From NCBI GenBank assembly GCA_024626585.2, contig JANKJI020000004.1, forward strand, positions 68,454,600 through 68,500,291: 45,692 bases of DNA, read 5' to 3'. Positions 1 through 12,179 of this stretch are shown here, piece by piece. A model generated the notes under the pieces. That model was given only the letters and a program-made list of their open reading frames with translations. It ran no database searches and had not been told where the DNA came from. This stretch comes from Ginkgo biloba. Taxonomy: Eukaryota > Plantae > Ginkgophyta. Numbering within the stretch: position 1 is the first letter of the stretch; each line of letters opens with the position of its first letter. Both the position numbers and the translations under genes were made by a program.

Positions 1-1060
1 GGAAGAAACTCCTAGTCCCCACATTGCTTTAAAAAGGAAAAACTCTGAGACACCAGACTTTTAGTGTGCACCAAATACGTTTTGGTAATGACAGGTATTA
101 AATGGTGCAAAAATCTGCTTGAAGGAGCTTCTGAGTAGTAAACATTTGACAATTTGGATGACAGGTAATGATGCCTTCAGGGTTACACAAAGCTAAGTGG
201 TTATTTGCCTTAGGTTAGCTTTCCACTTTTGAAAAGATCTAAAATGGAAGTCTATAACAGCAATTCGTATTGCTGCAATCTTTAAGAACAGATCGATGGT
301 GAGTGCAGCTACGCATTTTTCATTGACATGAAAGAGAGAAACATATCAAAATAAGCACATTTACTAGAACGGTACATTGACCAGCAATAATGTTTTTTTT
401 CAGGAGAAGACCAGATGGTTGTGGCATCCAAAACATTACATAAATAATGAGGTTCTGGGAGACATACACTACACCATCTGATTAATGAAAGCTCTTTGAA
501 ATGACTGACCCAACATCAAGATCTCTATCATCAATTGACATTGCACCTGTTTGTTTTCTGCAGAAACCTAGCAATTTCTTTATACACATCAAATTAAAAA
601 TCATATGTAAACCATGATGACACTTTGCATTGGCCTGTCTGTATGCAGCAATCAACTGAACACAAAAAGCATTTCCCCTGCCCCCTTGCATGTGGACACC
701 TGATCGGTAGATCATGTAGAAGAAAATGGCTAGCACTGGAAGAAACTCCTAGTGCCAAATTGCTTTAAAAAGGAAAAATTCTCAGACACCAGACATTTTG
801 TTTGCACCAAATACGTTTCAGTAATGTCAGGTATTAAATGGTGCACAAACTGCTCTAAGCAGCTTCTTAGCAGTAAACATTTGAAAACTTGGATCTCAGC
901 GAATGATGCCTTCAGAGGGTTACACAAAGCTAGGTGGTTATTTGCCTGAGGTTAGCTTTCCACTTTTGAAAAGATCTGAAGTGGAAGTCTGTAACAACTG
1001 CTCACATTGGTACAATCTTCCAGAACAGAGTGATGGCGTGTTCAGCTGCACAATTTTCTT
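1..1060 (+). repeat. Diverged direct duplication: ~1-320 recurs at ~738-1060 (offset 737 bp)
   Basis: Both copies begin GGAAGAAACTCCTAGT and stay collinear through shared blocks (TTGCTTTAAAAAGGAAAAA, GCACCAAATACGTTT, CAGGTATTAAATGGTGCA, GGTTAGCTTTCCACTTTTGAAAAGATCT). Identity is roughly 80% by eye. Confidence 0.92.
564..830 (+). pseudogene. Decayed exon encoding an RFWD3-type (C3HGC3 / RING-G) RING finger
   Basis: From 631: WPVCMQQSTEHKKHFPCPLACGHLIGRSCRRKWLALEETP, then after a frameshift (C)PNCFKKEKFSDTR. This fits CxxC..CGHxxGxxC..WL..CPxC. The first Cys codon is TGG, and there is an upstream in-frame stop and a frameshift near 751. Flanked by TTTTCTGCAG| (563) and CAG|GTATTA (831). Confidence 0.7.
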
Positions 1061-1266
1061 AGGACGAGAACATTTTAAANNNNNNNNNNNNNNNTTTTTT
1101 GATGCCTTTAAAAACAGGCTCTATCACCTAATTTCTGATCATGGAGAAAATACAGATTGCAAACCAACACATCTTGTTTGAACACTCCCTAAGAACAAAT
1201 GGTCCATTAATCATAGTCACATAGGTTTTGCTCAACAAAGTTTCATCTCAGCAAAAACACTGGATA

Positions 1267-3419
1267 TGTTACGAACCCCTAGACAGAGAATTCAAATTTT
1301 TGAAATTAGGGTAGCAGGGTAGTAGGCTAGATCTTTAATTTGAATTTGTGAATAAGGAAATTGGGACCATTGGACAGTTGAGGTGGCGCCCACCCAGGCA
1401 GGGAAATAAAGATAGGGGAAAAACAGGTTAGAGTTATCCAGGTAAAATTAAGAGGAGGAATAAGTGCATTTCAAAGCTGTCTAGATAGACTCAGTGTTAC
1501 AGCGCAGGCTTCTAACAAGTCGGCCTTGAAGAGTGGACCAAGAAAGGCCTTAAGGAACATTTGCAGCGTAGCCTTAAAGGATGTCACCAAAACTAAGCTA
1601 AATGATGATGCACAGTCAATTATATTGTAGATGTTGGCTAAACCTCATGCTGGGTAATGAAGAAAAACAAAACTAGGAAAGGGAGGGCCAAGAGGTTATC
1701 TCAACCAAGGGTGCCTCCTTTCAAGGGCTAATTAGAGAGCATAATTCACCACAAAGCTTTCCTAGGGTTTTGGGCGGCCCAAGGAGTGATCCTGGCTGTA
1801 TGTGGGGGCTAAATGCCTCTCCTCGTTGTATAAATAAGTTTTATCTAGGCTTAGATAATCCCTAAACATAATCTCTCTTGTTTTATGTGGCCTTATATTG
1901 AGGGCGTCCTCATTATAAAGTATTATTCTCCACCTTCTGGCAGCTTATCTGCTCTAAGAAAAGTCATTGCTTTCTGACTCTTGCTACTTTCTACACAATT
2001 GCTTCCATTCTTTTGCATTTATGGTAAATTTTGAAAGGAATTTTGCCAAGAGAATGCCGAGATATTTTCTATAGAGGAAGGCAACCTTATTGAAGGGGTT
2101 TTTAGGGTTTTTAGAGGTGTTGTGGGGTTCAACAAACCTCCCAAAGAAAGTCGTAGCTTTCTAGGGCTTGCCAACTTGATTTTGCATTGTTAATTCACAT
2201 CAAGTTTGGTTACAAGACCCTTACTGTGCATTAAGTTTGGTACTACACTGCGACTACGCAATATAGCTTGATTCTGCACCAGAACTACATTTGGTTTATA
2301 TAGGTGGAGCATTGCCTTCTGAAGGGTGGAATTGAGACGTTTTGACTCGAGTAAGCTTTTGACACCTTCCGATTCTCTGGATTCACTGGGTAAGTCCCTC
2401 TTTATAAGGCATGCAACTTGGCGTTATTGTTTACTTTTAATTTCTATATTTATTATTACTACTGCTGTGCATTTACAAAATAGCTTGAAATCTAAATTAT
2501 GCTTCTTTATGCATTATTATGGGTTTATTTACCCTAGGAATTCAGAATTGAACTCCCTATAGTAAGGCAACCTTAGTCAAAGAGTTGTTTTGCATTTATT
2601 ATGGTGGTTTTTGCTTACGTATGGACATTAGGGTTTGATGATTCATCCTTATTTTCTCTATTGTTGCATTTCAAACCCTACAACCTGCTTCTTGGCAGTT
2701 TGTTGTTGAATGGTAACCATTGAGGGGGATTCTAAGGTGCATTGGATGCATTTGGTCTAGCTTGTGAAAGTACAAGGCATAGGGCATGCAAGCATTTGTA
2801 TGACTTAGAGCCAAAGGGCCACTGATAGTGAGGATAGGGCTAGTGCCTTGATAATCCTTAAAGATGGTAGAGTGCTATGAGGTGTGCTNNNNNNNNNNNN
2901 NNNNNNNNNNNNNNNNNNNNNNNNNNNNNNNNNNNNGGACTTGTGTTTATTGCTTAGGTTTATTTATTATGCAGTTAGTATGCTTTTTGCATGACTAGTC
3001 AGTGGGGAGGGTATCTTATAGGGAGATGACCTTAGTGTCGAAGAAGGGGGTGAAGAAAATGTACACCTAGAACTCTTCTTAGCTACAAGGGATAGAATCA
3101 AACTGGAAGGCCATTGGGTGTTAATGATTAGCATTCATGTGTCGGAGATTTGTGTTGGTAGCCATGTAAGCCCCAAGAGGTGGTCCCCAATGGCGAACAA
3201 TGGTTGCTAGTTCATGTTGCCAAGATCAACCTTGGCACTAATAGTCTAGTCTTTTCAGTCTTGTATGTATTATTACTCCTCATACTTCTTAATTTAATAT
3301 AAATGAGTAGTTTACTTCTTTACTCATTTGTTTATTTATGCATGCATACCACTGATGATTTATGTTCTTATATAAATTAATATCTTTAGCATATAGGGCT
3401 AAGAGGCAGGTCCGTTATA
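1267..3419. mobile_element. Solo LTR (~2.15 kb) with 5-bp target-site duplication
   Basis: Starts TGTTACGAACC and ends GGTCCGTTATA (imperfect terminal inverted repeat, CA decayed to TA). Flanked by GGATA (1262-1266) and GAATA (3420-3424). No gag/pol motifs inside. Confidence 0.7.
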
Positions 3420-4149
3420 GAATATGAATGTAAAGATCCATCGATTGAAGATGTAGAGTTGGAAGAAGATTTAGCAGTTGAGGATAAGGGCAATCTAGAG
3501 GCAAGTCAAAAGTCATTAATCTAGTTCATTTGGAAGGAGGTAAACATGAGAATTCGAAAGCTTGAAGTTTTGAATGCGAGCAACATCAAGTGCACACAAT
3601 TAGAATAAGGAACTAAACTAGAATGATTTTTTATATCAAGCCTAAGAATTTAAGTTCATAAATACCAAGGAAGATGAAGAAGAGAATACAAGGAGCACTA
3701 AAAGAGCCCAATACTACCATTGATGTGTGAGTAAAAATTGAGGATGAAATCACAACAAAATATGGAAAGATATGAAAGTTGATCGAGATGAAGACAAAGA
3801 AAATGATNNNNNNNNNNNNNNNNNNNNNNNNNNNNNNNNNNNNNNNNNNNNNNNNNNNNNNNNNNNNNNNNNNNNNNNNNNNNNNNNNNNNNNNNNNNNN
3901 NNNNNNNGACTTCTTCTTTAATAAGACCTAACCATTCTGAAATAATTCATAAATTATGGAAGCTAAAAACTAATGAACTTTACATTGTTCAACTTGGTAT
4001 TAACTTACTAACACACAATAATACTTTATCACTATTATGAAAGGTAAGAGAGAAAATATTGAGGTCATGCCATTCTTTTTGTTGCCTTTTTTTTGCTTCC
4101 AATGTCCACAAGGCTAATTTTCAATGTTCTTCTATAACAACGATTGCAA

Positions 4150-5020
4150 ACATTCTATAATGGACTCTTCCTTGCCTAGCTAACATTCTAAAGCAACTCA
4201 AGAGGTAGGAACTTGAAATTCAATGGGGTTAATTGCTTCTAATCCAATTGAAATGGCATCTCCCTTATGGCACGATTTTGCTTAGCGCAAAATGCCCACA
4301 ATACCAAATGATTTTTCTCGGCTCAATCAATGTGTCCAATGTCACTAATTTTTGTAAGTGCTAGTTTGACTATCTTGTTGGAACTTTCATTTTTGTCGTT
4401 GGATCATGGATAATTTGGTGTGGTGTTTTGATGTGTAATGATAAATTGTTCGGTTAATTCTTTCACAACCTCATTAATAATACCTCCCCCTTGATCACTC
4501 ATCAATTGTGAGGGGCAACCAAAACGTATAATAATCATTTCGTATAAGAATCATGCTATAGTTTTAATATCTTTTATCTTTCTCGTAAATTGGTTGATCT
4601 TCACGCCTGTGACGAAATTTGTGGCAATTGAAATATATCGAGCATGTATTTGTCTAGTTGCAAGACTTATTGGTCCTACAAAATTGATTCTCTAATGCTA
4701 AAAGGGAGTGGTGGGTGGAATGGGGTGAAGAAGGTGCATTTGACGATTGGATTTTCTTACTCTTTGAATAGGCACACATCATAGCTCTTTACCAATTTTT
4801 TCACAACTTTGGATAATGTTAACCACCATAGTCTAGTGTGCAAGATTTTTCTTGCCATTGCATCATTGGCCACATTTGCCTAGTCTTTCATGCACCTATT
4901 GAATGATACATGAGATTTCATGCAGTACTAGACATTGCAAAATATGATTTGGTTCCTTTTGATATAACTATTGATGCCTATAAGGTGGATATTTAGAGGT
5001 GTACTTTAAGATGAAGGGTT
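4150..5020 (-). mobile_element. Degenerate Ty3/gypsy integrase
   Basis: Minus-strand translation gives INFVGPI..ARYISIATNF and FLYEMIIIRFGCPSQLMSDQG...KELTEQFIITHQNTTPNYP*SN, matching the rve core (xRFGxPxxxxSDQG). Many stops. Boundaries approximate. Confidence 0.85.
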
Positions 5021-6502
5021 ACTAAGATGAGTAGAATTATCCCTTTACAAAGCTCAAAATGACTAAGCATGCTCTCTTATGATGGGATGCTCTTTTCTTA
5101 TGGATAGAAAATTTAGGATAAGCACCTATCACTTCATAGGACGAGATGAATCAACATATCTAAGGCCTTGAGGAGGTCACTAAAGACTTTTGTACAAACC
5201 ATGTGTGTTATAAAAGGGGTTTCTTAAATTATTACATATTTTAAAAATTGTATATAGTTGTATACAAAGGGGAAAGGGGGTATTTTATATTAATATATTA
5301 TATTATGTATAAATAGGGGTTAGGGTTTAAATANNNNNNNNNNNNNNNNNNNNNNNNNNNNNNNNNNNNNNNNNNNNNNNNNNNNNNNNNNNNNNNNNNN
5401 NNNNNNNNNNNNNNNNNNNNNNNNNNNNNNNNNATAAAAGCATTCCTCCAAGAATTCAACTATAACATGTGTGTCTTTGGCCTCTTGGGAAAAATGGGTG
5501 TGCACCACTTGTTCCCACCATTGCAATTTCTGCGACTTCTTTTCTGTAGACATTAATCCTACAATGAAAAGGGAGTGACAGGTCCAAATTTGAAATGCAT
5601 CATACACAACAAGAAAATTTGTCACTTCAATTTGTAGATTCAATCTCAAATGCTGCCGCCACAGGGGATTGATTATTGGAAAGATCCATGCTATTCCAAA
5701 CTGGCAATGTGACCAAATGTTAGTCAAATGGTTCCTTGTTCTAAGTTACAGGTTTAGGTTTAGCATTGAGGCAAGAGAGAGAGGAGACATGATCAACAAT
5801 AGCAATGGACAAAAATAGTAATCTTGTATTGCAAGATATTATCAAGTACATCGATCATGACCACTGTACTATTTAACCTAGGCCTGCCCACAACGGTGCT
5901 ACCTCAAAATGAAAGACGGGCCCTCAGATAGGTAGGAGATACCTCCTCGTCAACTGTCATGTAGTTACATTCGTTGGCAACTGTCCAACTGTCAACTAAT
6001 TTAGTATTAGGAGAAGTTCTAAGTGTTGTCATGTCCTAACTAGGGCAAGTCGTAACTAAGACATCCATATCTAAGAAAGTCATTTACATTATTATATCAA
6101 AATTAACCACTAACAGAGACATATTGAATCTCATTGCATTGTAAAAGTCCATTAGGAAATAACACTGCTACTTTGAGAGATCCATAGTTTAAGTGTGTTC
6201 ACCTAAATCACGAAAAGGATGAGTGATTTTGTAGGAAGCCGTGAGAAAAATTGACCAGGTCATCATGAGTGGCAGACAGTGGAAAAGAAAGTTACATGTA
6301 TTGATATGATCTGATAAACTAGAAGGTACTTAGTTTATGGAACAGTTTCATTGATGACTCTTTCCATATGACTCTACATTTTTTGTAATAGAAATATTCT
6401 TCCATTTCAAAATGACTGTTGTGGGTTTGGGCAAAAAACAGAATAGATCTACCAAACTAAATCCCAATTACTTTTTCTAAACTGTGCAGTTCTTTTTTGC
6501 AG

Positions 6503-6707
6503 GGAGATTGACCGACCCCCTCTCTTGTCAGGATTGCCACCTTTGCTGTTTCTGGATACATGCACTCACGGAAGTGAGATAAAAGACTCTTCAAAGAGCT
6601 ACAATAATCCATATGAAGCCAAAATAGCATGTCAACTGATAAGTATGATGTTAGAGCATGGAATTCCTGGATGTGAAATTGGTGTAATTGTTCTGTACAA
6701 GTCACAG
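6503..6707 (+). CDS. ZGRF1: ZGRF1-like SF1 (UPF1/DNA2-type) helicase, first exon visible in window (gene 5'-incomplete)
   Basis: TTTTTTGCAG| acceptor and CAG|GTGCAC donor. EIDRPPLLSGLPPLLFLD..SYNNPYEA..GIPGCEIGVIVLYKSQ resembles ZGRF1 as I recall it (EIERSPLL..LPTLCF..IGVITLYKSQ). The upstream QYR-motif exon is not visible. Confidence 0.85.
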
Positions 6708-7605
6708 GTGCACATTNNNNNNNNNNNNNNNNNNNNNNNNNNNNNNNNNNNNNNNNNNNNNNNNNNNNNNNNNNNNNNNNNNNNNNNNNNNNNNNNNNNN
6801 NNNNNNNNNNNNNNNNTACTTAATTTTTTCGTGTGTCTTAATAACAATGTTGATGGCCTAGAAAGAGGGAACTAACTCTTATTATATCCTAGATTCAAAC
6901 ATTTATTGCACCATACTTGATCCCAAGTATCCTTATTTTGATTTTATGACTAGCTCTACTACTACTGTATTTCTTCTAACTACCATTTGATTATTTTATT
7001 ACTTGATCTCCCTTAGAGCTAGAATCCATCATGCTCTACAATTATTTCCCTCTTAAATTCTTCTTGAATCTTAGTGATCTTATGTTGTTGAATCAATGCT
7101 CTAATATTTAGTTTCAAGCCATCAACATAGTAAGTAACATGATGTATGATAGGAGGTTCCTCATCCAACTGGCTCATTAATATTTTAATTTTTTTTTTCA
7201 TAATTAAATATAGATTCTCCTGATAACGATTTAAACAATCATAATTAATGAATAGATAATTTTTCTCATTTGGGGTGTTGTAATAAGGAAGTGAAGAGGT
7301 CTTCCAATTCTTGCAAATTTTTGATACTCTTCTTGATCTTGATGAAATAGTTGATTGCATATCTAGTAAATATCACACCAAACTCATTAATTTATTACTT
7401 TTCATATTACATTCTTCTCATCTCCTAGATGCTTACACATCTAAAATAATTACTTTTTTTATTGTTAAAAATATCATACTCAGGGATATTCTTTTATGGT
7501 TATAGAATCCAATCAACAAACATATTACTTTGGCTTGATAGTATTTCATAATTTATGAATATGCATAGGTTTGTAATAAACCATAATCACTGCATCTCTT
7601 TGCAG

Positions 7606-7826
7606 GCATATCTTGTTCAGGAGGTCCTTTTTCAGGGATGCAGTTTTAGAAGGCTTGATAAAAATGCAATTAATTCTACCAAAGCCTTTGAGGGCCAACG
7701 TGTAAAAAGATCTGTTTCTAAGAACCATGTAGCTGAAAACCATGAAAAGCAAGGCTCCTCAGTCAGTGAAATACAGATTTCTACAGTTGATGCATTTCAG
7801 GGAATGGAAAAAAACATAATAATACT
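7606..7826 (+). CDS. ZGRF1: ZGRF1-like helicase exon (motif V)
   Basis: TTTGCAG| phase-0 acceptor and CT|GTAAGA phase-2 donor. Encodes AYLVQEVL...IQISTVDAFQGMEKNIII(L). Confidence 0.92.
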
Positions 7827-8156
7827 GTAAGAATGGCCTGGGTCTAGGTGTTTGGGGATTCTGTATTTGTTGAACAGTGTAAATACTTTACAATATCATA
7901 TTCCGGAATGTGCCAAACAGATGTTCAGATCATATAACCTCCTCTTTCTCTCCCATTTAAAAAAGAAACAATTTGATCCAACAGTTTTGACAATGAAGTA
8001 GGTGGTTCTTTTGATTTTCCTAAATTGAATCTTACTCACCAGCTGAGCAATGTATTCTGCATTCGAAATGCATACAATGGCTGAGTAATATTTTATGAAA
8101 CTAAAATGCATCATTTGGCTGACTCAATTTTCTGTTCTTTGTGGTGTTCTTTGCAG

Positions 8157-8312
8157 TTCATGTTGTCGAACCAATGGTTTAGGTTTCCTGTCTTCTCCCA
8201 ATCGTCTAAATGTAGCTCTCACAAGGGCCCGGCACCATCTAATTGTTATTGGAAAGGCATCGAATTTGAGAAGTAGCCCATACTGGGAAAAACTTTTGTC
8301 CAGTTCTGTGAG
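8157..8312 (+). CDS. ZGRF1: ZGRF1-like helicase exon (motif VI)
   Basis: TTCTTTGCAG| phase-2 acceptor and AG|GTAAAA donor. Encodes SCCRTNGLGFLSSPNRLNVALTRARHHLIVIGKASNLRSSPYWEKLL. Confidence 0.93.
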
Positions 8313-9287
8313 GTAAAAGAATGTGTTTCTGTTGGTGTCATATAAGGTTAAAATATGAACCTTAAGTTTACTTGAAGAAAATGGCAACCAACCATAACAA
8401 ATGTAGTGATCCCTTGCATTATGATATCCAATGTCGTAGCACTGTTCCTTCTATTTGTTTCATCTGCTCCGTGTTGGGTCAGCGTCACTGGTTTGTAGCA
8501 CAACCTGGATGTTCTTGGATGCAGTCACATAGTCGGCCTATACAAGCAATTGGGTGACCACAATATCCTACACAGCCATCACTTTTGGTAGTCTAATAAA
8601 TCCGTTTGCAGACCAGTTGTGGGAAATAGACTTCGCCTCTAGATGTTAGTGGATGAAAGGGCTTTTTCTAAATCTAGAGGGGAATAAAGCTAAATCCTTT
8701 CAAACGAAAAGAAGATCAATGCTTTATTGGCTGAGTAGAAAGCATGTATATAGCTAAAGCTCCCAACACTAAGGTTTCTTAATTTTTTAGGACACAAGCA
8801 TTTAATTTTATCCACCAATACATTCTCCATCCACCACAAACATTTGATTGTATCCTGTTACGTGGAAGAGCTTCTGAAAATGTTGCTGTTTTTCTGAAAG
8901 TAGTCATTTGATGTATGGTATTCCCTAAGATTCCTACATTAAACAAGCTTGCTATTGCATTTTTTTCTCTGAAATTTTTTATTTTTATTCTGTACTCTCC
9001 TTCACTTTATATAAGGGAGGTGGCCTTTCGTTGTTCCTCTTTTAAATAGAATAGTCTGAGCTCCAATAAACATCTTGAGCACATTACAATGGGAAGACAC
9101 AGATTTGCTTCTTAATATTTAAAGAGCTTATCAAATTCACATCTTTAATGCATTTCTTAGCTTCCATGTCTATGACAGGATTAATGTGTCATTTAATGGC
9201 TAGTCTTTAGGTTTCTCTTAACACAAGCCTACTTGCTTATCTCATTGGTTGTTTTCAAGGATACTAATCTGAGATTTATATGTCCAG

Positions 9288-9739
9288 TTCATCAGGATCA
9301 TATATTTCGATGCCTACATCAGGTTCAGAGTTCATTTTAAGCTGGAGGCAAAAGCATATCTTGAGAAAGGATCCTAGCAATATTGGAGATATTTCTCTTC
9401 TCAGTTTTGATGAAAAGCAAGGTGATGCTAGTGATGGTCCTGATGCGTGCATTTTGAATGCACAGTCAAATCAATACAAGGAGGAGAGCAACATTCTTCC
9501 CTTAGATGCAGTTGGGTCAACACGAACCTCAGATGCCTTCCAGATGACAGTTTTACCTGAAGGAGCTGCTGCTGACAATGATAGCTCCATGTCTTTCGAT
9601 ATAAAGAAGAAAAGGATGAGGATTGAGAAGAGTGAAAGCAGGCTTATTGGCAAAGAAAGTGCATATATGGCAAAGGGCTACGGCAATGATCTTGAAATGA
9701 CTTACACCGAAGGATCTCAAACAGCTAAGTTTGTTGACG
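9288..9739 (+). CDS. ZGRF1: ZGRF1-like helicase exon, Ser/Asp-rich C-terminal tail with putative NLS (KKKRMR)
   Basis: CTAAT branch-like site, TCCAG| acceptor in phase 2 matching the previous donor, and G|GTATGT donor. Open for ~150 codons. Confidence 0.8.
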
Positions 9740-9884
9740 GTATGTGTGTAGTACATAACTATATAAAGAGGTCATGGATTGCCACGTTTTTAGGGTTTGC
9801 CCACATATTTTTTGAGAGCATAACTTTGTCGTCTATCTACAGAAAGCAAGCTCAGTTCATTCTATTTCTTGTTTTGAAATGCAG

Positions 9885-9979
9885 TAAATGAAAGCTGGAT
9901 TGAAGATACCACAGATTGTACTAATATGAAACAGGACGTGGCTCTTTCAGAATGCGAACAAGAAAACGATATGAACAAG
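9885..9979 (+). CDS. ZGRF1: ZGRF1-like helicase short acidic tail exon
   Basis: TGCAG| phase-1 acceptor matches the previous donor. Encodes (V)NESWIEDTTDCTNMKQDVALSECEQENDMNK. AAG|GTAGTT phase-0 donor. Confidence 0.75.
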
Positions 9980-10259
9980 GTAGTTTTATCATGTTTATTA
10001 CCACTCTTAGGGGAAAAAAATGTACATCGGAGATATGTAGAAGAGAGATTTTGAGTTCTGCTAAGAATTCCTTTGATTTTGTGTCCTTCATTTGTTACCT
10101 TCGTACGAGTTATGTGTTCTATCTCTTGAACTAGATCCTTCATCATATCTTCTGAACCTNNNNNNNNNNNNNNNNNNNNNNNNNNNNNNNNNNNNNNNNN
10201 NNNNNNNNNNNNNNNNNNNNNNNNNNNNNNNNNNNNNNNNNNNNNNNNNNNNNNNNNNN

Positions 10260-10286
10260 TCCCGCTCCCGTTTCCTGGTAACTTAG
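10260..10286. mobile_element. Terminus of a putative non-autonomous DNA transposon (MITE/hAT-like) at a gap edge
   Basis: TCCCGCTCCCGTTTCCTGGTAACTTAG shares CCGCTCCC, CCCGTTTCC and TAACTTAG with 12017-12179. Confidence 0.4.
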
Positions 10287-10528
10287 CATCTCCCTACTCC
10301 ATACCTGTAGGAACTTGCTTACACATCTCTCACACTATATAGTACAACACTTACAACTCATGATTGGAATTTGCTTAAGAAATTGATTAAGGGATTGGAC
10401 TAACAATATTTCCAACCCGTATATGATTTGTGTGCTAGATGATTGCAGGGCATCTTAGTTAGACTTCCTTCCCATTTACATCTATAAGGTACTCCCATGC
10501 ACTTGAGTGTACATTGATTTCTTCCACT

Positions 10529-10647
10529 GCCTATGTAAGCCTCACATGCGGGCAATGCCTACAACAGGCCTTGCATGCCAAGCTACCTTCCATTATCTAC
10601 CATAGGCCTTATGTGGTAGCAATGCCTCCCATAGGCCTTACATGCTA
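10529..10647. repeat. Degenerate ~30-bp tandem repeat (~4 units)
   Basis: Recurring AGGCCTT(A/G)CATGC and GCAATGCCT(A/C)C motifs. Confidence 0.55.
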
Positions 10648-12016
10648 AATGGTTTCTAAGATAGATTCACCCTGCATGTTTTCTTCAATAATTGGAGATG
10701 TTTGTTAGTCTTCTGTCCATATGCCAGTTCCATCAACTTGCTCACCAAAGTCACAACTATTCATGATAGATATTAATAATGTGAAATACATCTACATTAA
10801 TCATCTTGCACATGGGCATCCAGATCATGCAAAAGGCATCTATATTGATCGACGGACCATGTAACTTGTTCAAACCCCAAGTATTAACCAATTTTAGTCA
10901 ATTTATAATTTGCATCATCTCTTTCTATATGTAGGAGAAATTTAGAAATTGGAGCAAATCTAGCACAACAACATTACATGTCCTTTCTCTAAGGTTGTTG
11001 TACTCTAATGATGATAGTCGTACTATCGTTATTGCATGTCACACTATACAGGTCTAACTTTACAATAATCCAACATTCTTATCGGCCTTAAAATAGTTTT
11101 GTCCTTCCATGAAAACAACACGACAACCTTTACCTATTGTTGTACTGTTATTTAAGAGTGGCAAACCTAATCAATGAAATCCAATAGTCAAAACAGACTT
11201 CCTCAGACTGGCTGTACTTGCATTCCTCACATGTGGCCATATATTTGGATACATTCCATGAATGACAGTCATAATTATGGATTTAGGGATTGTATGGAGA
11301 AGAAAATTACTTGATGCATAAATTTGTCAGTTGTTCTTTGTCACACAAACTTGTATGAAATGGTTGACAGCAAGACATCTCTAATGTCTTGCATGGAGTC
11401 TTCTCCAAGTTCAACAATTATGATGATGAAAGTGACCTCAAAGGATNNNNNNNNNNNNNNNNNNNNNNNNNNNNNNNNNNNNNNNNNNNNNNNNNNNNNN
11501 NNNNNNNNNNNNNNNNNNNNNNNNNNNNNNNNNNNNNNNNNNNNNNNNNNNNNNNNNNNNNNNNNNNNNNNNNNNNNNNNNNNNNNNNNNNNNNNNNNNN
11601 NNNNNNNNNNNNNNNNNNNNNNNNNNNNNNNNNNNNNNNNNNNNNNNNNNNNNNNNNNNNNNNNNNNNNNNNNNNNNNNNNNNNNNNNNNNNNNNNNNNN
11701 NNNNNNNNNNNNNNNNNNNNNNNNNNNNNNNNNNNNNNNNNNNNNNNNNNNNNNNNNNNNNNNNNNNNNNNNNNNNNNNNNNNNNNNNNNNNNNNNNNNN
11801 NNNNNNNNNNNNNNNNNNNNNNNNNNNNNNNNNNNNNNNNNNNNNNNNNNNNNNNNNNNNNNNNNNNNNNNNNNNNNNNNNNNNNNNNNNNNNNNNNNNN
11901 NNNNNNNNNNNNNNNNNNNNNNNNNNNNNNNNNNNNNNNNNNNNNNNNNNNNNNNNNNNNNNNNNNNNNNNNNNNNNNNNNNNNNNNNNNNNNNNNNNNN
12001 NNNNNNNNNNNNNNNN

Positions 12017-12179
12017 GAGTGTTTTTTCCCCGCCAGGAAATGGTTGGGAAACGGGTATGGCCAGGGAGCGGCTGGGAAATGTTTCCCAGTCGTACCACTC
12101 CCGTTTCCCAGCCGTATCCGCTCCCAAAATGAATCGGGAGCGGAACCGGGACCCCTAGGGCCATATCCTTTTAACTTAG
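12017..12179. mobile_element. GC-rich foldback segment, probable MITE/hAT subterminal region
   Basis: Inverted pairs GGGAAACGGG/CCCGTTTCCC (12046-12109), CGGCTGGGAAA/TTTCCCAGTCG and TCCGCTCCC/GGGAGCGGA (12117-12144). Ends TAACTTAG. Confidence 0.5.

Noticed and set aside
5315-5330. Telomere-like GGGTTAGGGTTTA
   Set aside because: Fewer than three units and next to a gap. Expected by chance in this sequence.
5434-5750. 135-aa minus-strand ORF, or a missing helicase exon
   Set aside because: No recognisable motif in the frames I read, and the expected QYRxHP helicase motif is absent.
10680-11446. Possible copia RNaseH or LINE fragments in the intron
   Set aside because: Motif traces are too weak to support a call.
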